52,353 nucleotides of DNA from Bacteriovoracaceae bacterium (GTDB taxonomy: Bacteria; Bdellovibrionota; Bacteriovoracia; Bacteriovoracales; Bacteriovoracaceae), in assembly GCA_018649885.1 (NCBI GenBank), contig JABIHA010000018.1, forward strand, positions 62,001-114,353, given 5' to 3'. Under the pieces are notes generated by a model, which saw only the letters and a list, made by a program, of their open reading frames with translations, was not told the DNA's origin and did not search any database. Numbering within the stretch: position 1 is the first letter of the stretch; each line of letters opens with the position of its first letter. A program made the translations under genes and the position numbers. Below, piece by piece: positions 28,001 to 36,925 of this stretch.

Positions 28001-29236
28001 TTAATAAAGTTTGTATTCCAAGATTCTACATTCAATATTTCCATTGAATACAGGTATTTTCCTGGAGGTACGAAGTCCTATTTTTTTATGTAGGCCACCG
28101 TGTGGAGCTAGTATATAAGCCGTAAATCCTTTGTAGTCTTTTTTTAATTTCTCACCAAATTGGTGGTAGAGCTCTTCAGTTTCCTGTAATTCTCCCAACC
28201 TGTGTCCGTAGGGAGGGTTGATGAATACTACTCCCTCTCCAAAGTCTGGAGTGAAGTTAAAGGCATCCATATTTCTAATATCAAAGGACCCTTTAATATT
28301 GCAGTGACTCAGTGAGCTTTTAAATTCTTTTAGAGGAAAATTATTTTTATCTAATCCTATGAGGTGAAATTTATCACTACCCAGTTTTTGTATTCCCTCT
28401 TTGGCCAATTCAGAGAAATAATCCATTTTCTTTTCCCATTTTTTAGCAAAAAATTGTTTGAGAAAAGGAGTTTTTTCTAAATTCCATACTGCTCTTTTTG
28501 AAACTTCTTTTTTACGCAAATGCATAAAGGACGGTGGAATATTTGCAGACATCAGTGCTCTTTCCATCAGTAGAGTCCCACTTCCACACATGGGATCAAT
28601 AATTGGCAGATGACTGTCTTTTGGTACCAGGCTAACCATTGCAGCTGCAAGGTTTTCCCTGAGAGGTGCACCCACACTTTTTAATCTATAACCCCTGTGG
28701 GCAAGTGAAAAACCTGCTAAATCAAAATAAATTTTGGCCACATACCGATCGTGATCTGTAGCACTAATATGAAGAAGAATCTCAAGATCAGGGTTGTATT
28801 TGTCTACATCTGGTCTGATTCCTGTTTGCTCGCGAAAGTGATCACAAATAGAATCTTTTAAAAGTTGTGAAAGATATAGAGGGGATTTGAATTTTACCCC
28901 CATTCCTGTGGGGCCTTGGCCAAATAAACAATGGATTTTAAAGCTTTGAGTGACACGAAAGATTTCTTCCCATTTTACCTGTTTGGCCATTTCAAAAAAT
29001 TCTTGTTCTGAGCCCATAGTGATATCGCAGTAGTGATAAAACATTCGGCTGGCAATTCTTGAGCCTAAAAGAGAATCTAGGGCTGCGCCTTCTGAGGCAG
29101 TGAAATTTACCCCTCCTTTAGTCGCGTTTCTGTCTTTGGTGCCAAATTCAGCTAGCTCGTAATCTAGAAATTCTTCAAGACCTTTGGGGCATGAGGCAAA
29201 GTAGCTATTTTTCTTTAATTCTATATTATTTGTCAT
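28001..29236 (-). CDS. THUMP-domain RNA methyltransferase (RlmL N-terminal type)
   Basis: SLAHRGYR, APLRENLAA, DPMCGSGT, NPPYG.RL. Confidence 0.92.
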   Translation of the reverse strand: MTNNIELKKNSYFASCPKGLEEFLDYELAEFGTKDRNATKGGVNFTASEGAALDSLLGSRIASRMFYHYCDITMGSEQEFFEMAKQVKWEEIFRVTQSFKIHCLFGQGPTGMGVKFKSPLYLSQLLKDSICDHFREQTGIRPDVDKYNPDLEILLHISATDHDRYVAKIYFDLAGFSLAHRGYRLKSVGAPLRENLAAAMVSLVPKDSHLPIIDPMCGSGTLLMERALMSANIPPSFMHLRKKEVSKRAVWNLEKTPFLKQFFAKKWEKKMDYFSELAKEGIQKLGSDKFHLIGLDKNNFPLKEFKSSLSHCNIKGSFDIRNMDAFNFTPDFGEGVVFINPPYGHRLGELQETEELYHQFGEKLKKDYKGFTAYILAPHGGLHKKIGLRTSRKIPVFNGNIECRILEYKLY

Positions 29237-30171
29237 TTCAAGGCCTTGTGATAATCACGAGCTATACTTAGTAGCTCTTTATAATTTTCGACTTTACTTG
29301 GGTCAATATCACCTACCACAAACCTTTTAATTCTCCAAAGAGAGATGGATAGAAGGCCTACCAAGATTGCTTCGCTCATAAATTGACTTTCATTACTTTC
29401 AAGCTTTCTTTCATGGTTGTATCCTTCAAGAAATTTCTCAGTGAGTGCACATGAAATAACTCCATCAATCAAACATGTTCCCGAGATAGAAACGCCGATA
29501 TCAAAGATAAAGGGGCCCACTCCGGATTGTTCAAAGTCTATTAAGGTGTGAATATTTCCATCCTCAAATAGTGTGTTGTCGTAATAGAGATCGCCATGGA
29601 TAAGACCTGATGGAAATTTTTGCGTGCAGTAGCCCTCAAGTTGATCCGAAAAAAGAGAGTGGAATATTTCTTTAAAATCCTCTGGGCACTCTGGTGATGA
29701 ATTGACATAGGTTTGTATATCAATAGCGTCATAGCCCACCTGCTCGTGGGTTCTTAAATCACTTAGGTCAGCGCCTTCGCTCAATTTGTGTAAATTCCCA
29801 AGTGTCTTTCCAATTTGGAAGGCCGTATTTTCATTTATTTCAGGAGCGTGACCTGTGATAAAGGGAGAGACGGTGCCGAAATGGTTTTTGTGGTGATACA
29901 CCTTTTCACCATTTTTGGTCTCATAGGCGGCAGGGCAGTAGTGAAAGCCGAGATTATTAATGCGATATAAGATATTTTGTTCGCTTTCTAGTGAGGCTGC
30001 ATCTTTGTCATTGGAGACTTTGGCCACATAATCGCCCTGAGCTGTTGTAACTTTGTAATTTGAGTTAGATATCCCCAGGGCAAGAGAGGAATAAGAAGTA
30101 ATCTGACCAAAACCATACAGGTCTATGATGCTTTGAAGCTCTTTTTGGCTCAATTGGGTGTAAGTCCCCAT
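29233..30171 (-). CDS. thrB: Homoserine kinase type II
   Basis: YTQLS, GISNSNY, GLIHGDLYYDN, IDF. Confidence 0.85.
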   Translation of the reverse strand: MGTYTQLSQKELQSIIDLYGFGQITSYSSLALGISNSNYKVTTAQGDYVAKVSNDKDAASLESEQNILYRINNLGFHYCPAAYETKNGEKVYHHKNHFGTVSPFITGHAPEINENTAFQIGKTLGNLHKLSEGADLSDLRTHEQVGYDAIDIQTYVNSSPECPEDFKEIFHSLFSDQLEGYCTQKFPSGLIHGDLYYDNTLFEDGNIHTLIDFEQSGVGPFIFDIGVSISGTCLIDGVISCALTEKFLEGYNHERKLESNESQFMSEAILVGLLSISLWRIKRFVVGDIDPSKVENYKELLSIARDYHKALK

Positions 30172-30336
30172 GGAGATGATTACCTTTGTTTTGTTATTAA
30201 TCTAATAATTATCAATTACGTGGATAAAATACCTGGATCCCAATGACAACGACAAAAATCAGGTGCTATACTCACCAAGAAATTTTTTTAACATAATAAT
30301 GAGGAAGATGCGATGCGTAAGATCGAGGAGGCAAAT

Positions 30337-31638
30337 GTGACGACAAAAGACTATAAGGTAGCTGACTTAACTCTAGCCGATTGGGGTAGAAAAGAAATAG
30401 AAATTGCTGAAACTGAGATGCCAGGACTTATGTCTTTGCGTTCTGAGTATAAAGGCAAAAAACCACTAGCTGGTGCTAAAATAGCGGGTTGCCTTCATAT
30501 GACCATCCAAACTGCAGTACTTATTGAGACACTTACTGATTTGGGAGCCGAGGTTCGTTGGTCGTCATGTAATATCTTCTCTACTCAAGATCACGCAGCC
30601 GCAGCAATTGCAGCAACGGGTGTTCCAGTTTTTGCTTGGAAAGGTGAAACTGAGGAAGAAGCTGATTGGTGTATCGAGCAAACTCTTAAGTGGCCTGACG
30701 GCTCAGGACTCAACATGATTCTTGATGACGGCGGGGACTTAACACTTATGGTTCACGAAAGATTTCCTGAGCTTCTTGAAAATATTAAAGGGCTTTCTGA
30801 AGAAACGACTACTGGTGTTCACAGACTATATGAGCTGGCCAAAACAGGGGACCTCAAAGTTCCTGCCATCAACGTTAACGATAGTGTAACAAAATCAAAA
30901 TTTGATAATCTTTATGGATGTCGTGAGTCTCTAGCAGACGGAATCAAAAGAGCAACTGATGTAATGGTCGCTGGAAAGGTTTGTGTTGTTGCAGGCTTTG
31001 GTGATGTTGGTAAAGGCTGTGCAGAAGCACTTAAAGGCCTTGGTGGAAGAGTTGTTATCACTGAGATTGATCCAATTTGCGCACTTCAAGCAGCAATGGA
31101 AGGTTATCAAGTTGTAGGTATGGATAAAGCAGCTGCAATGGGAGACATCTTTGTTACTTCTACTGGTTGTTGTGATGTCATCGATGGACAACATTTAGAT
31201 AAAATGAAAGACAACGCCATCGTATGTAATATTGGCCACTTTGATTCAGAAATTAATATTGCTTATTTAAATAATAGAAGTGATGTTAAAAAGGTCGAGA
31301 TTAAGCCTCAAGTTGATCAGTATATTTACCCAGATAACAAAAAAATAATTGTTCTTGCCGAAGGAAGACTAGTAAACCTTGGCTGTGCAACAGGGCATCC
31401 AAGTTTTGTTATGTCTAACTCTTTTACAAACCAAGTTATGGCCCAAATTGAGTTATGGGAAAATTTCAAAAACTACGAAAACCAAGTTTATGTTTTACCT
31501 AAGGCACTTGACGAAAAAGTGGCTAAACTACACCTTGGTAAGCTTGGGGTTGAGTTAGAGACTCTGACAAGTAAGCAGTCTGAGTATCTCGGAATTCCAG
31601 TTGAAGGACCTTTCAAACCAGAGTTTTATAGATATTAA
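30337..31638 (+). CDS. ahcY: Adenosylhomocysteinase
   Basis: [45 protein letters not shown] start after GAGGAG (ATG 30313 also possible). Confidence 0.97.
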   Translation: MTTKDYKVADLTLADWGRKEIEIAETEMPGLMSLRSEYKGKKPLAGAKIAGCLHMTIQTAVLIETLTDLGAEVRWSSCNIFSTQDHAAAAIAATGVPVFAWKGETEEEADWCIEQTLKWPDGSGLNMILDDGGDLTLMVHERFPELLENIKGLSEETTTGVHRLYELAKTGDLKVPAINVNDSVTKSKFDNLYGCRESLADGIKRATDVMVAGKVCVVAGFGDVGKGCAEALKGLGGRVVITEIDPICALQAAMEGYQVVGMDKAAAMGDIFVTSTGCCDVIDGQHLDKMKDNAIVCNIGHFDSEINIAYLNNRSDVKKVEIKPQVDQYIYPDNKKIIVLAEGRLVNLGCATGHPSFVMSNSFTNQVMAQIELWENFKNYENQVYVLPKALDEKVAKLHLGKLGVELETLTSKQSEYLGIPVEGPFKPEFYRY

Positions 31639-31645
31639 TAAAAAC

Positions 31646-31673
31646 GGGCCGGATTTATCCGGCCTTTTTTTTT
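31646..31673 (+). terminator. Intrinsic terminator after ahcY
   Basis: GGCCGGA-TTTA-TCCGGCC plus T9. Confidence 0.88.
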
Positions 31674-31692
31674 GGGTAAAATGGAGACGCTC

Positions 31693-32148
31693 ATGATTGA
31701 AAATTTGGCCATTGCTTCAGATCACGCAGCTTTTTTAGAGAAATCAAAATTAATTGATTATTTATCTCAGAATTATCCCCAAATTTCGGTTACCGATCTT
31801 GGACCTGATACGGAAGCCAGGTGTAACTACCCAGACTTTGCAAGAGCCGTATCTAAGTCTGTTTCAGAGAGTGAGAATACTTGGGGCATACTGCTGTGTG
31901 GATCGGGTATTGGCATGTCTATGGCCGCTAATCGATATAAAAATATACGCGCAGTGTTATGTCGAACAACTGAGGAAGCTGCACTTTCAAGAGCGCACAA
32001 CAATTCAAATATACTTTGTCTGGGGGCCAGGATTAGCTCATTCGAGACTTTGTGTGAAATAACCCAGAGCTGGCTTTCTGCAGAGTTTGAAGGTGGGCGT
32101 CACACTGATAGGGTGGCCTTGTTCAATTCCTTGGGTGAAACTCCCTAG
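31693..32148 (+). CDS. rpiB: Ribose-5-phosphate isomerase B
   Basis: ASDHA, YPD, CGSGIG, HNNSN, FEGGRH..R. Confidence 0.94.
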   Translation: MIENLAIASDHAAFLEKSKLIDYLSQNYPQISVTDLGPDTEARCNYPDFARAVSKSVSESENTWGILLCGSGIGMSMAANRYKNIRAVLCRTTEEAALSRAHNNSNILCLGARISSFETLCEITQSWLSAEFEGGRHTDRVALFNSLGETP

Positions 32149-32168
32149 CTTTATGATATTATAATCAA

Positions 32169-32867
32169 ATGGAGTCAACTCATTACCCAAATAGATTAGA
32201 AAGTTTATGTCTTGGAAGTATTTTTACTACTCTTGGCATTGGTTTTTATTACGCCACAGTCGATAAAAAAATGTTTGAAGCAGTCTATGTTTTAGAGGAT
32301 GGCCTCATTGAGTGGGCCACAGTCGGTATTTTGTTTTCTGGCTTTTGCCTGTGTCTGTATAGAGTATTTAATTTGCGAAAAGTTAGAAGACCCTGGTTTC
32401 TTTTTTGTACATTACTGCTTGCCTTGATTTTTCTATTTGGGGCCGGCGAGGAGATTTCTTGGGGCCAGAGAATGAGCAGTAATAGAATGGCCTCAGAATT
32501 TTTTGTTAAACATAACACTCAGCAAGAGACAACTTTCCACAATTTGGTTGTTGGGGGAGTACGTTTAAATAAAGTAGTCTTTGGAACCGGACTTGGCATA
32601 TTTATGGGTATTTACCTTCTATTGTTTGGCCTGATGGATCACAAATGGAAAAAATTCCACAAATTTATCTCTAGTTTTGCCATTCCACTTCCTAGGTACC
32701 ACCACATTTTGGCATTTATTTTGATGTTTATTTTGGTCAACCTGGTTCCTTCTGGGAAAAAAGGTGAGCTAACTGAGTTTGCGGGTTCATTCCTGTTCTT
32801 AATGATCGTGCTAAATCCAGTAAACAGTTATCTTTTTTGGAGAGATTCTTCTCCTGCTGCTCCGTGA
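32169..32867 (+). CDS. Multi-pass membrane protein
   Basis: EDG.IE, GEEISWGQR, N.Q.ET..HN conserved-looking motifs and about 6 TMs. Confidence 0.8.
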   Translation: MESTHYPNRLESLCLGSIFTTLGIGFYYATVDKKMFEAVYVLEDGLIEWATVGILFSGFCLCLYRVFNLRKVRRPWFLFCTLLLALIFLFGAGEEISWGQRMSSNRMASEFFVKHNTQQETTFHNLVVGGVRLNKVVFGTGLGIFMGIYLLLFGLMDHKWKKFHKFISSFAIPLPRYHHILAFILMFILVNLVPSGKKGELTEFAGSFLFLMIVLNPVNSYLFWRDSSPAAP

Positions 32868-32966
32868 ACTTCCTGGCCAAGGTTAACAAGACTTTGCTAT
32901 AAGTTGACTCTGTAAAATTTGTTTTATGCGCCCAGTCTTGAGGCGTTTTGATCTAAGGGAGATAAG

Positions 32967-33065
32967 ATGGCATCAGGTAGCCGCCACAGAAGAAAGCACG
33001 GTAAGGGCAGAAGAAAAAGAGGAAGCAAGTACAGAAGATCTATGAGACTTCGTCGTAAGAAATAA
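32967..33065 (+). CDS. Unannotated 32-aa Arg/Lys-rich small protein
   Basis: AAGGGAG SD; MASGSRHRRKHGKGRRKRGSKYRRSMRLRRKK; TAA TAA stops; own terminator. Confidence 0.8.
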   Translation: MASGSRHRRKHGKGRRKRGSKYRRSMRLRRKK

Positions 33066-33088
33066 TAAATAGTATCTAAAATATATAG

Positions 33089-33116
33089 AGGTCAGGTCCA
33101 TTGGACTTGACCTTTT
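33089..33116 (+). terminator. Intrinsic terminator after the small basic ORF
   Basis: AGGTCAGGTCC-ATT-GGACTTGACCT-TTT. Confidence 0.75.
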
Positions 33117-33166
33117 CATATCTCTAAACTGATCACACTTGAAGTCTAAGCTGGGATCAGTTTAAA

Positions 33167-33571
33167 TTATTTTCTTCTATAAGTTTTTGATCTATTACAA
33201 TTCTTGCAGCCTGTAAGGCTCGATTTTCTGTAATGATTAACGGCGCTGTAGAAGAAATCCACAACTTTTTCACCCATTTTTGTTTCAAGTAGCCAGGCGT
33301 GTTTAGAAATACTTGGAAAGTTTGAAGCAAGGTAAACAACTACTTCACTGCCTTTGTGTATTTTGCCATTTTCATCAATTAGATGAACATATTCCATACA
33401 CTCTTTGGGGTCTAACTCGGGGAACTGTTCATAAACCTCTTTGCTATTTACAGGTAGATAGCTAACACTTTTTTCAGTGTCTATGCGTTCAAGCGCCATT
33501 TTGAATCTATTGCAAAGTTGGCACTCACTATCAAAAAGAAGAATTGGAAGCTTTAAGTTCATAGTACCCAT
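33167..33571 (-). CDS. DCC1/DUF393 thiol-disulfide oxidoreductase family
   Basis: LFDSECQLC (DxxCxxC) N-terminal motif. Confidence 0.85.
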   Translation of the reverse strand: MGTMNLKLPILLFDSECQLCNRFKMALERIDTEKSVSYLPVNSKEVYEQFPELDPKECMEYVHLIDENGKIHKGSEVVVYLASNFPSISKHAWLLETKMGEKVVDFFYSAVNHYRKSSLTGCKNCNRSKTYRRK

Positions 33572-33811
33572 CGATTGTTCGCAAACACTTTTCCACTATA
33601 ACCTAATTGTGTTGAATAATAAAATTTCTGCTTCACTTGGTGGAATTTTTACCGATATTACTCTGTTCAGAAACCTAGGGGGCTGCAGCTTGTATGGAAA
33701 TACTTGGCGAGTGATCATCACTTTTATTGCCAGCAGTATATTTTTACTTTTTTCTCTACAAAGAGTGGGTTTCTTTACTTCATTTTAATAGGTTCAATAA
33801 ATTTCTTGTAA

Positions 33812-35401
33812 TCAATTATTTAAATTTAGTTTTTCCCAGCCACTCATCCTATAGCGATGAGAGAGGATATCGAAGATTTGTTTACTACTATCTTTGTTTA
33901 TTTGAGCGCTATTATGTGCCTTTTCAGCAAACCTTAGAACAGAGGCTTTGGGTCTTTTTGATTTTTTACCTTTGGCATATTTTTTGGACTTAGATCTTCC
34001 TCTTCTGCGATTTGTGCCATAGCGAACTTTTTTAGAACGCTTTTGCCTTTTCATGCGCGAGAGAAGTTTTCGCCCAAAACTGCCTTTACTGTTACTTCTA
34101 AAATTCTTAGATCCGGCATTGCTGGGAAGAGAAGCAGCAAAAGCGGCTGAAAGTCTTGGAATGCCAGCATTCATCAAGGCTTCTGCGGCGGGCCCACTAC
34201 CACCACTAGAATTGAAGGTTGCGAGTGCCTTATTTAGGTCTGGATCTTTAGCTGCCATTTTTCTACTTATGGCCATTAGCTGTCCTGCCAGAGCTTCTCC
34301 TGAGGCACCATCGTAGGAGCCTGTAGACAACGCATCGGCGATGGGGCCAGTGGCTCCAGCATAGGCACCACCTAGATCCATTCCACCTAATGTGGAGTTA
34401 AAAGCCGTTTTAAAACAGGTATTAGAGGTGGCACAATTACAGCTTGGATCAGCTTGTAAATTACCATCGACACAGGCAACTCCCACTTGTCCCGATGTGA
34501 TCCTCGCGCCTGCCTCTGTAGGGAGGCAATATTGCGGGTCGTACATATTTGCAGTTTGAGCGCAGTAACACTGAGGATCAGTGGTCGGGGCACATTCTCC
34601 AAGGCCTGGCAGCTGAGCTGCTAATTCATTGGCCATGTCTCTGTACTTTCTATGTTTTTCCATTTTGGCAAAATAGTATCCCGCTAGTATTGATGCTGAT
34701 CCAAACTTGAGTATGAATTGTCCTGCGTTTTGCTTAACAAGACCTTTATTAGTCGCTGCAAGGCCCAGGTAGCATACAGAAGTAGATGAGTAGGTAATGG
34801 CCTTAGTAAGGGATGTTTTTCTGTAAGTGTCGTGAGTATTGGCCATGGCAGAAATATATTCTCTTTGACGAGTATCTTCAGAAGCTTCTGCTACATCGTT
34901 TTCAATTTTAGATTGCTCTATGGCATTCCAAGCAGCAGCGCCTGCTTCTCCGGCCATAGGAATAAAAGCGCAGAAATCTTGAACTTCTTTTTCATCATCA
35001 TCTTTTTTTGAGTCAGATTTTTTTGAAGATTCGGAATTTGTTTCCTCCGCTTTACCTTCACCTTTAGCTGTATCAGCTCCTTTAGTTTCGGCTTTGGAGA
35101 TCTTGAAGCTCCCACCTCCTGTGGCCAGTAGCATTGGCATAAAAGCTGAGTAAGCTTTTGAAGCTGACTCTATCAGCATATCAAATGTAGAATCAGTATT
35201 TCCCTCACAAAGTTTGGTGGCCTTTTCGCTTGAAGCACACAATTCATTATATTTATCATCGTGGTACTGTTCGTTGTAATAATCATTCGCCTGTTCAAGT
35301 TCTTCTTCTGTGTGGGCACCCTTGACTGTGAAGTCCTGTGCCGCGAGCCCTGCGGTGAAAAATATGCTGATAAATAGAGTTAATAATTTTTTGATTCCCA
35401 T
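33812..35401 (-). CDS. Exported Cys-rich hypothetical protein with basic C-terminal region
   Basis: Signal peptide, Cys cluster, Gly/Ala linker, K/R-rich tail; GAGGA SD. Confidence 0.8.
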   Translation of the reverse strand: MGIKKLLTLFISIFFTAGLAAQDFTVKGAHTEEELEQANDYYNEQYHDDKYNELCASSEKATKLCEGNTDSTFDMLIESASKAYSAFMPMLLATGGGSFKISKAETKGADTAKGEGKAEETNSESSKKSDSKKDDDEKEVQDFCAFIPMAGEAGAAAWNAIEQSKIENDVAEASEDTRQREYISAMANTHDTYRKTSLTKAITYSSTSVCYLGLAATNKGLVKQNAGQFILKFGSASILAGYYFAKMEKHRKYRDMANELAAQLPGLGECAPTTDPQCYCAQTANMYDPQYCLPTEAGARITSGQVGVACVDGNLQADPSCNCATSNTCFKTAFNSTLGGMDLGGAYAGATGPIADALSTGSYDGASGEALAGQLMAISRKMAAKDPDLNKALATFNSSGGSGPAAEALMNAGIPRLSAAFAASLPSNAGSKNFRSNSKGSFGRKLLSRMKRQKRSKKVRYGTNRRRGRSKSKKYAKGKKSKRPKASVLRFAEKAHNSAQINKDSSKQIFDILSHRYRMSGWEKLNLNN

Positions 35402-35618
35402 TTATTCCTCTTCCTATGTCTTTAGAAATTATAGCATTCTCGTAGTGAGGCTTTTAGGCCTGTGCCATTTTTTCCAGGTGAATTTGTCTTATTTCAACAA
35501 GTTGGATGGAAGATAACGCAGCTTTTAGTCAACTGACTGGAATTACAGGAGAAATTGACGAAATAACTCCTAATTGTCTATAAAGATGTGAAGCTTTAAA
35601 TTACCTGGGGGTACAACA

Positions 35619-36149
35619 ATGAGTGGCATTCATCGAAATTCAGAAAATGATCTCTCACATTCAATGGCCCATTACCTTTTGACCGTTCATAAATTAAAAG
35701 AGCAAAAAGGTTATGCAAGGGTTACAGATATAGCCAAAGACCTTGGACTTACCAAGGGGAGCGTTTCTACCGCTATAAATAATTTAAAAAAACGCAGCTT
35801 AATTGTTGAAGAAGATGAAAGTAAATTTTTGTCCCTTTCGGCACAAGGCCACAATATCGTTCACCATATTCTTTCATCGAGAACTCTTCTATTTTATTTT
35901 CTGAGAGATTTTATTGGCGTTGAGGAAGGGGACGCTAAAAGAGATTCCTGTTTGATGGAGCATTTAATAGGTCAGCAAACAAGAGAAAAGCTATTTACCT
36001 TTATGAAGGATTTATCCTGCGCATGTGAAGAAAAAGATATCTCTATCCTTGGAAAATTTAACACTTCTTTAAATCTATGTGACTATAAAGATGCTGGAGA
36101 TTTTATCGAAAGTCAGGAGGGTGACAGCTATCTACAAGACAAAGTGTAG
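35619..36149 (+). CDS. DtxR/MntR-family metal-dependent regulator
   Basis: YL..V..L....YARVTDIA..L..TKGSVS, DSCLMEH. Confidence 0.88.
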   Translation: MSGIHRNSENDLSHSMAHYLLTVHKLKEQKGYARVTDIAKDLGLTKGSVSTAINNLKKRSLIVEEDESKFLSLSAQGHNIVHHILSSRTLLFYFLRDFIGVEEGDAKRDSCLMEHLIGQQTREKLFTFMKDLSCACEEKDISILGKFNTSLNLCDYKDAGDFIESQEGDSYLQDKV

Positions 36150-36846
36150 TAAATTATTTTTCACCATGCTTGTCATCTTGGTACCAGGAATTTCCCTTGG
36201 CTCTCAAATGGGTTTTTGCTTCCACAGATCTGTTTCTCTTTCAAAAGTACAATCAGAGGTCAGGCCTTTTTTAATTGATGGTGAAAAACTTCATGTCAGA
36301 TCAAGTCTTCACTGCCTTGAAGGCGATCTTAGAAGTTCAAGGGCCAATTTTCTGAGAAAGTTTTTTTCGCGTAAATATGCTCTTATAAAAACTTATGGAA
36401 CCGAAGGCGACATAGATGTAAATGCAGCGAGATCAATGTGTCGAATCCAGCTCATTGAGCAGGGTGGGGGCATAAGTAAGACTCGTAGTGTTAATGTCGG
36501 TAGGAATTCAAAAGCCAGAGATAGTGAAACAAAAAATTCTGGTGAAAAAATCACAAGACTGACTCTATCAAGTGGTCTTCCTGGCAAGATATCAATTAAT
36601 GGTGAGCGAGTTACTATTATTTGCCACAAAAAAAGAAGTGACTTACATCAAATTGAGCTAACGAGGATAGGTCCTGATGGAAGTGTTAGCACCTCATTTT
36701 ATGCACAAAAAGGTCAGAGATTGAATATCGGTAGTTTTTCTGACAATGGGCAGGGAAGTCAAAGGAAGCTAGGTACAAAATCAAGCCTGTCTTATTCCTC
36801 AACGCATGGAAAATCTAATAAAACTTACTACATTTTAGTTCAGTAA
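36121..36846 (+). CDS. Exported hypothetical protein (start uncertain)
   Basis: Hydrophobic leader followed by a beta-rich basic domain. Confidence 0.6.
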   Translation: MTAIYKTKCSKLFFTMLVILVPGISLGSQMGFCFHRSVSLSKVQSEVRPFLIDGEKLHVRSSLHCLEGDLRSSRANFLRKFFSRKYALIKTYGTEGDIDVNAARSMCRIQLIEQGGGISKTRSVNVGRNSKARDSETKNSGEKITRLTLSSGLPGKISINGERVTIICHKKRSDLHQIELTRIGPDGSVSTSFYAQKGQRLNIGSFSDNGQGSQRKLGTKSSLSYSSTHGKSNKTYYILVQ

Positions 36847-36880
36847 TCTCCTTTGTAACAAGGACCGTACTCGTATAGAC

Positions 36881-36895
36881 TAATGATTATCATTA
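36881..36895. promoter_or_regulatory. Fur-box-like palindrome
   Basis: TAATGAT-T-ATCATTA, perfect 7-1-7 inverted repeat. Confidence 0.6.
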
Positions 36896-36925
36896 TTTGA
36901 AATCTAAGTTTTTAGGAGTACTGAG

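Noticed and set aside
30172..30336. SAH/SAM riboswitch upstream of ahcY
   Set aside because: No recognisable aptamer consensus or stable stems; AT-rich divergent promoter region. An Infernal/Rfam scan would be decisive.
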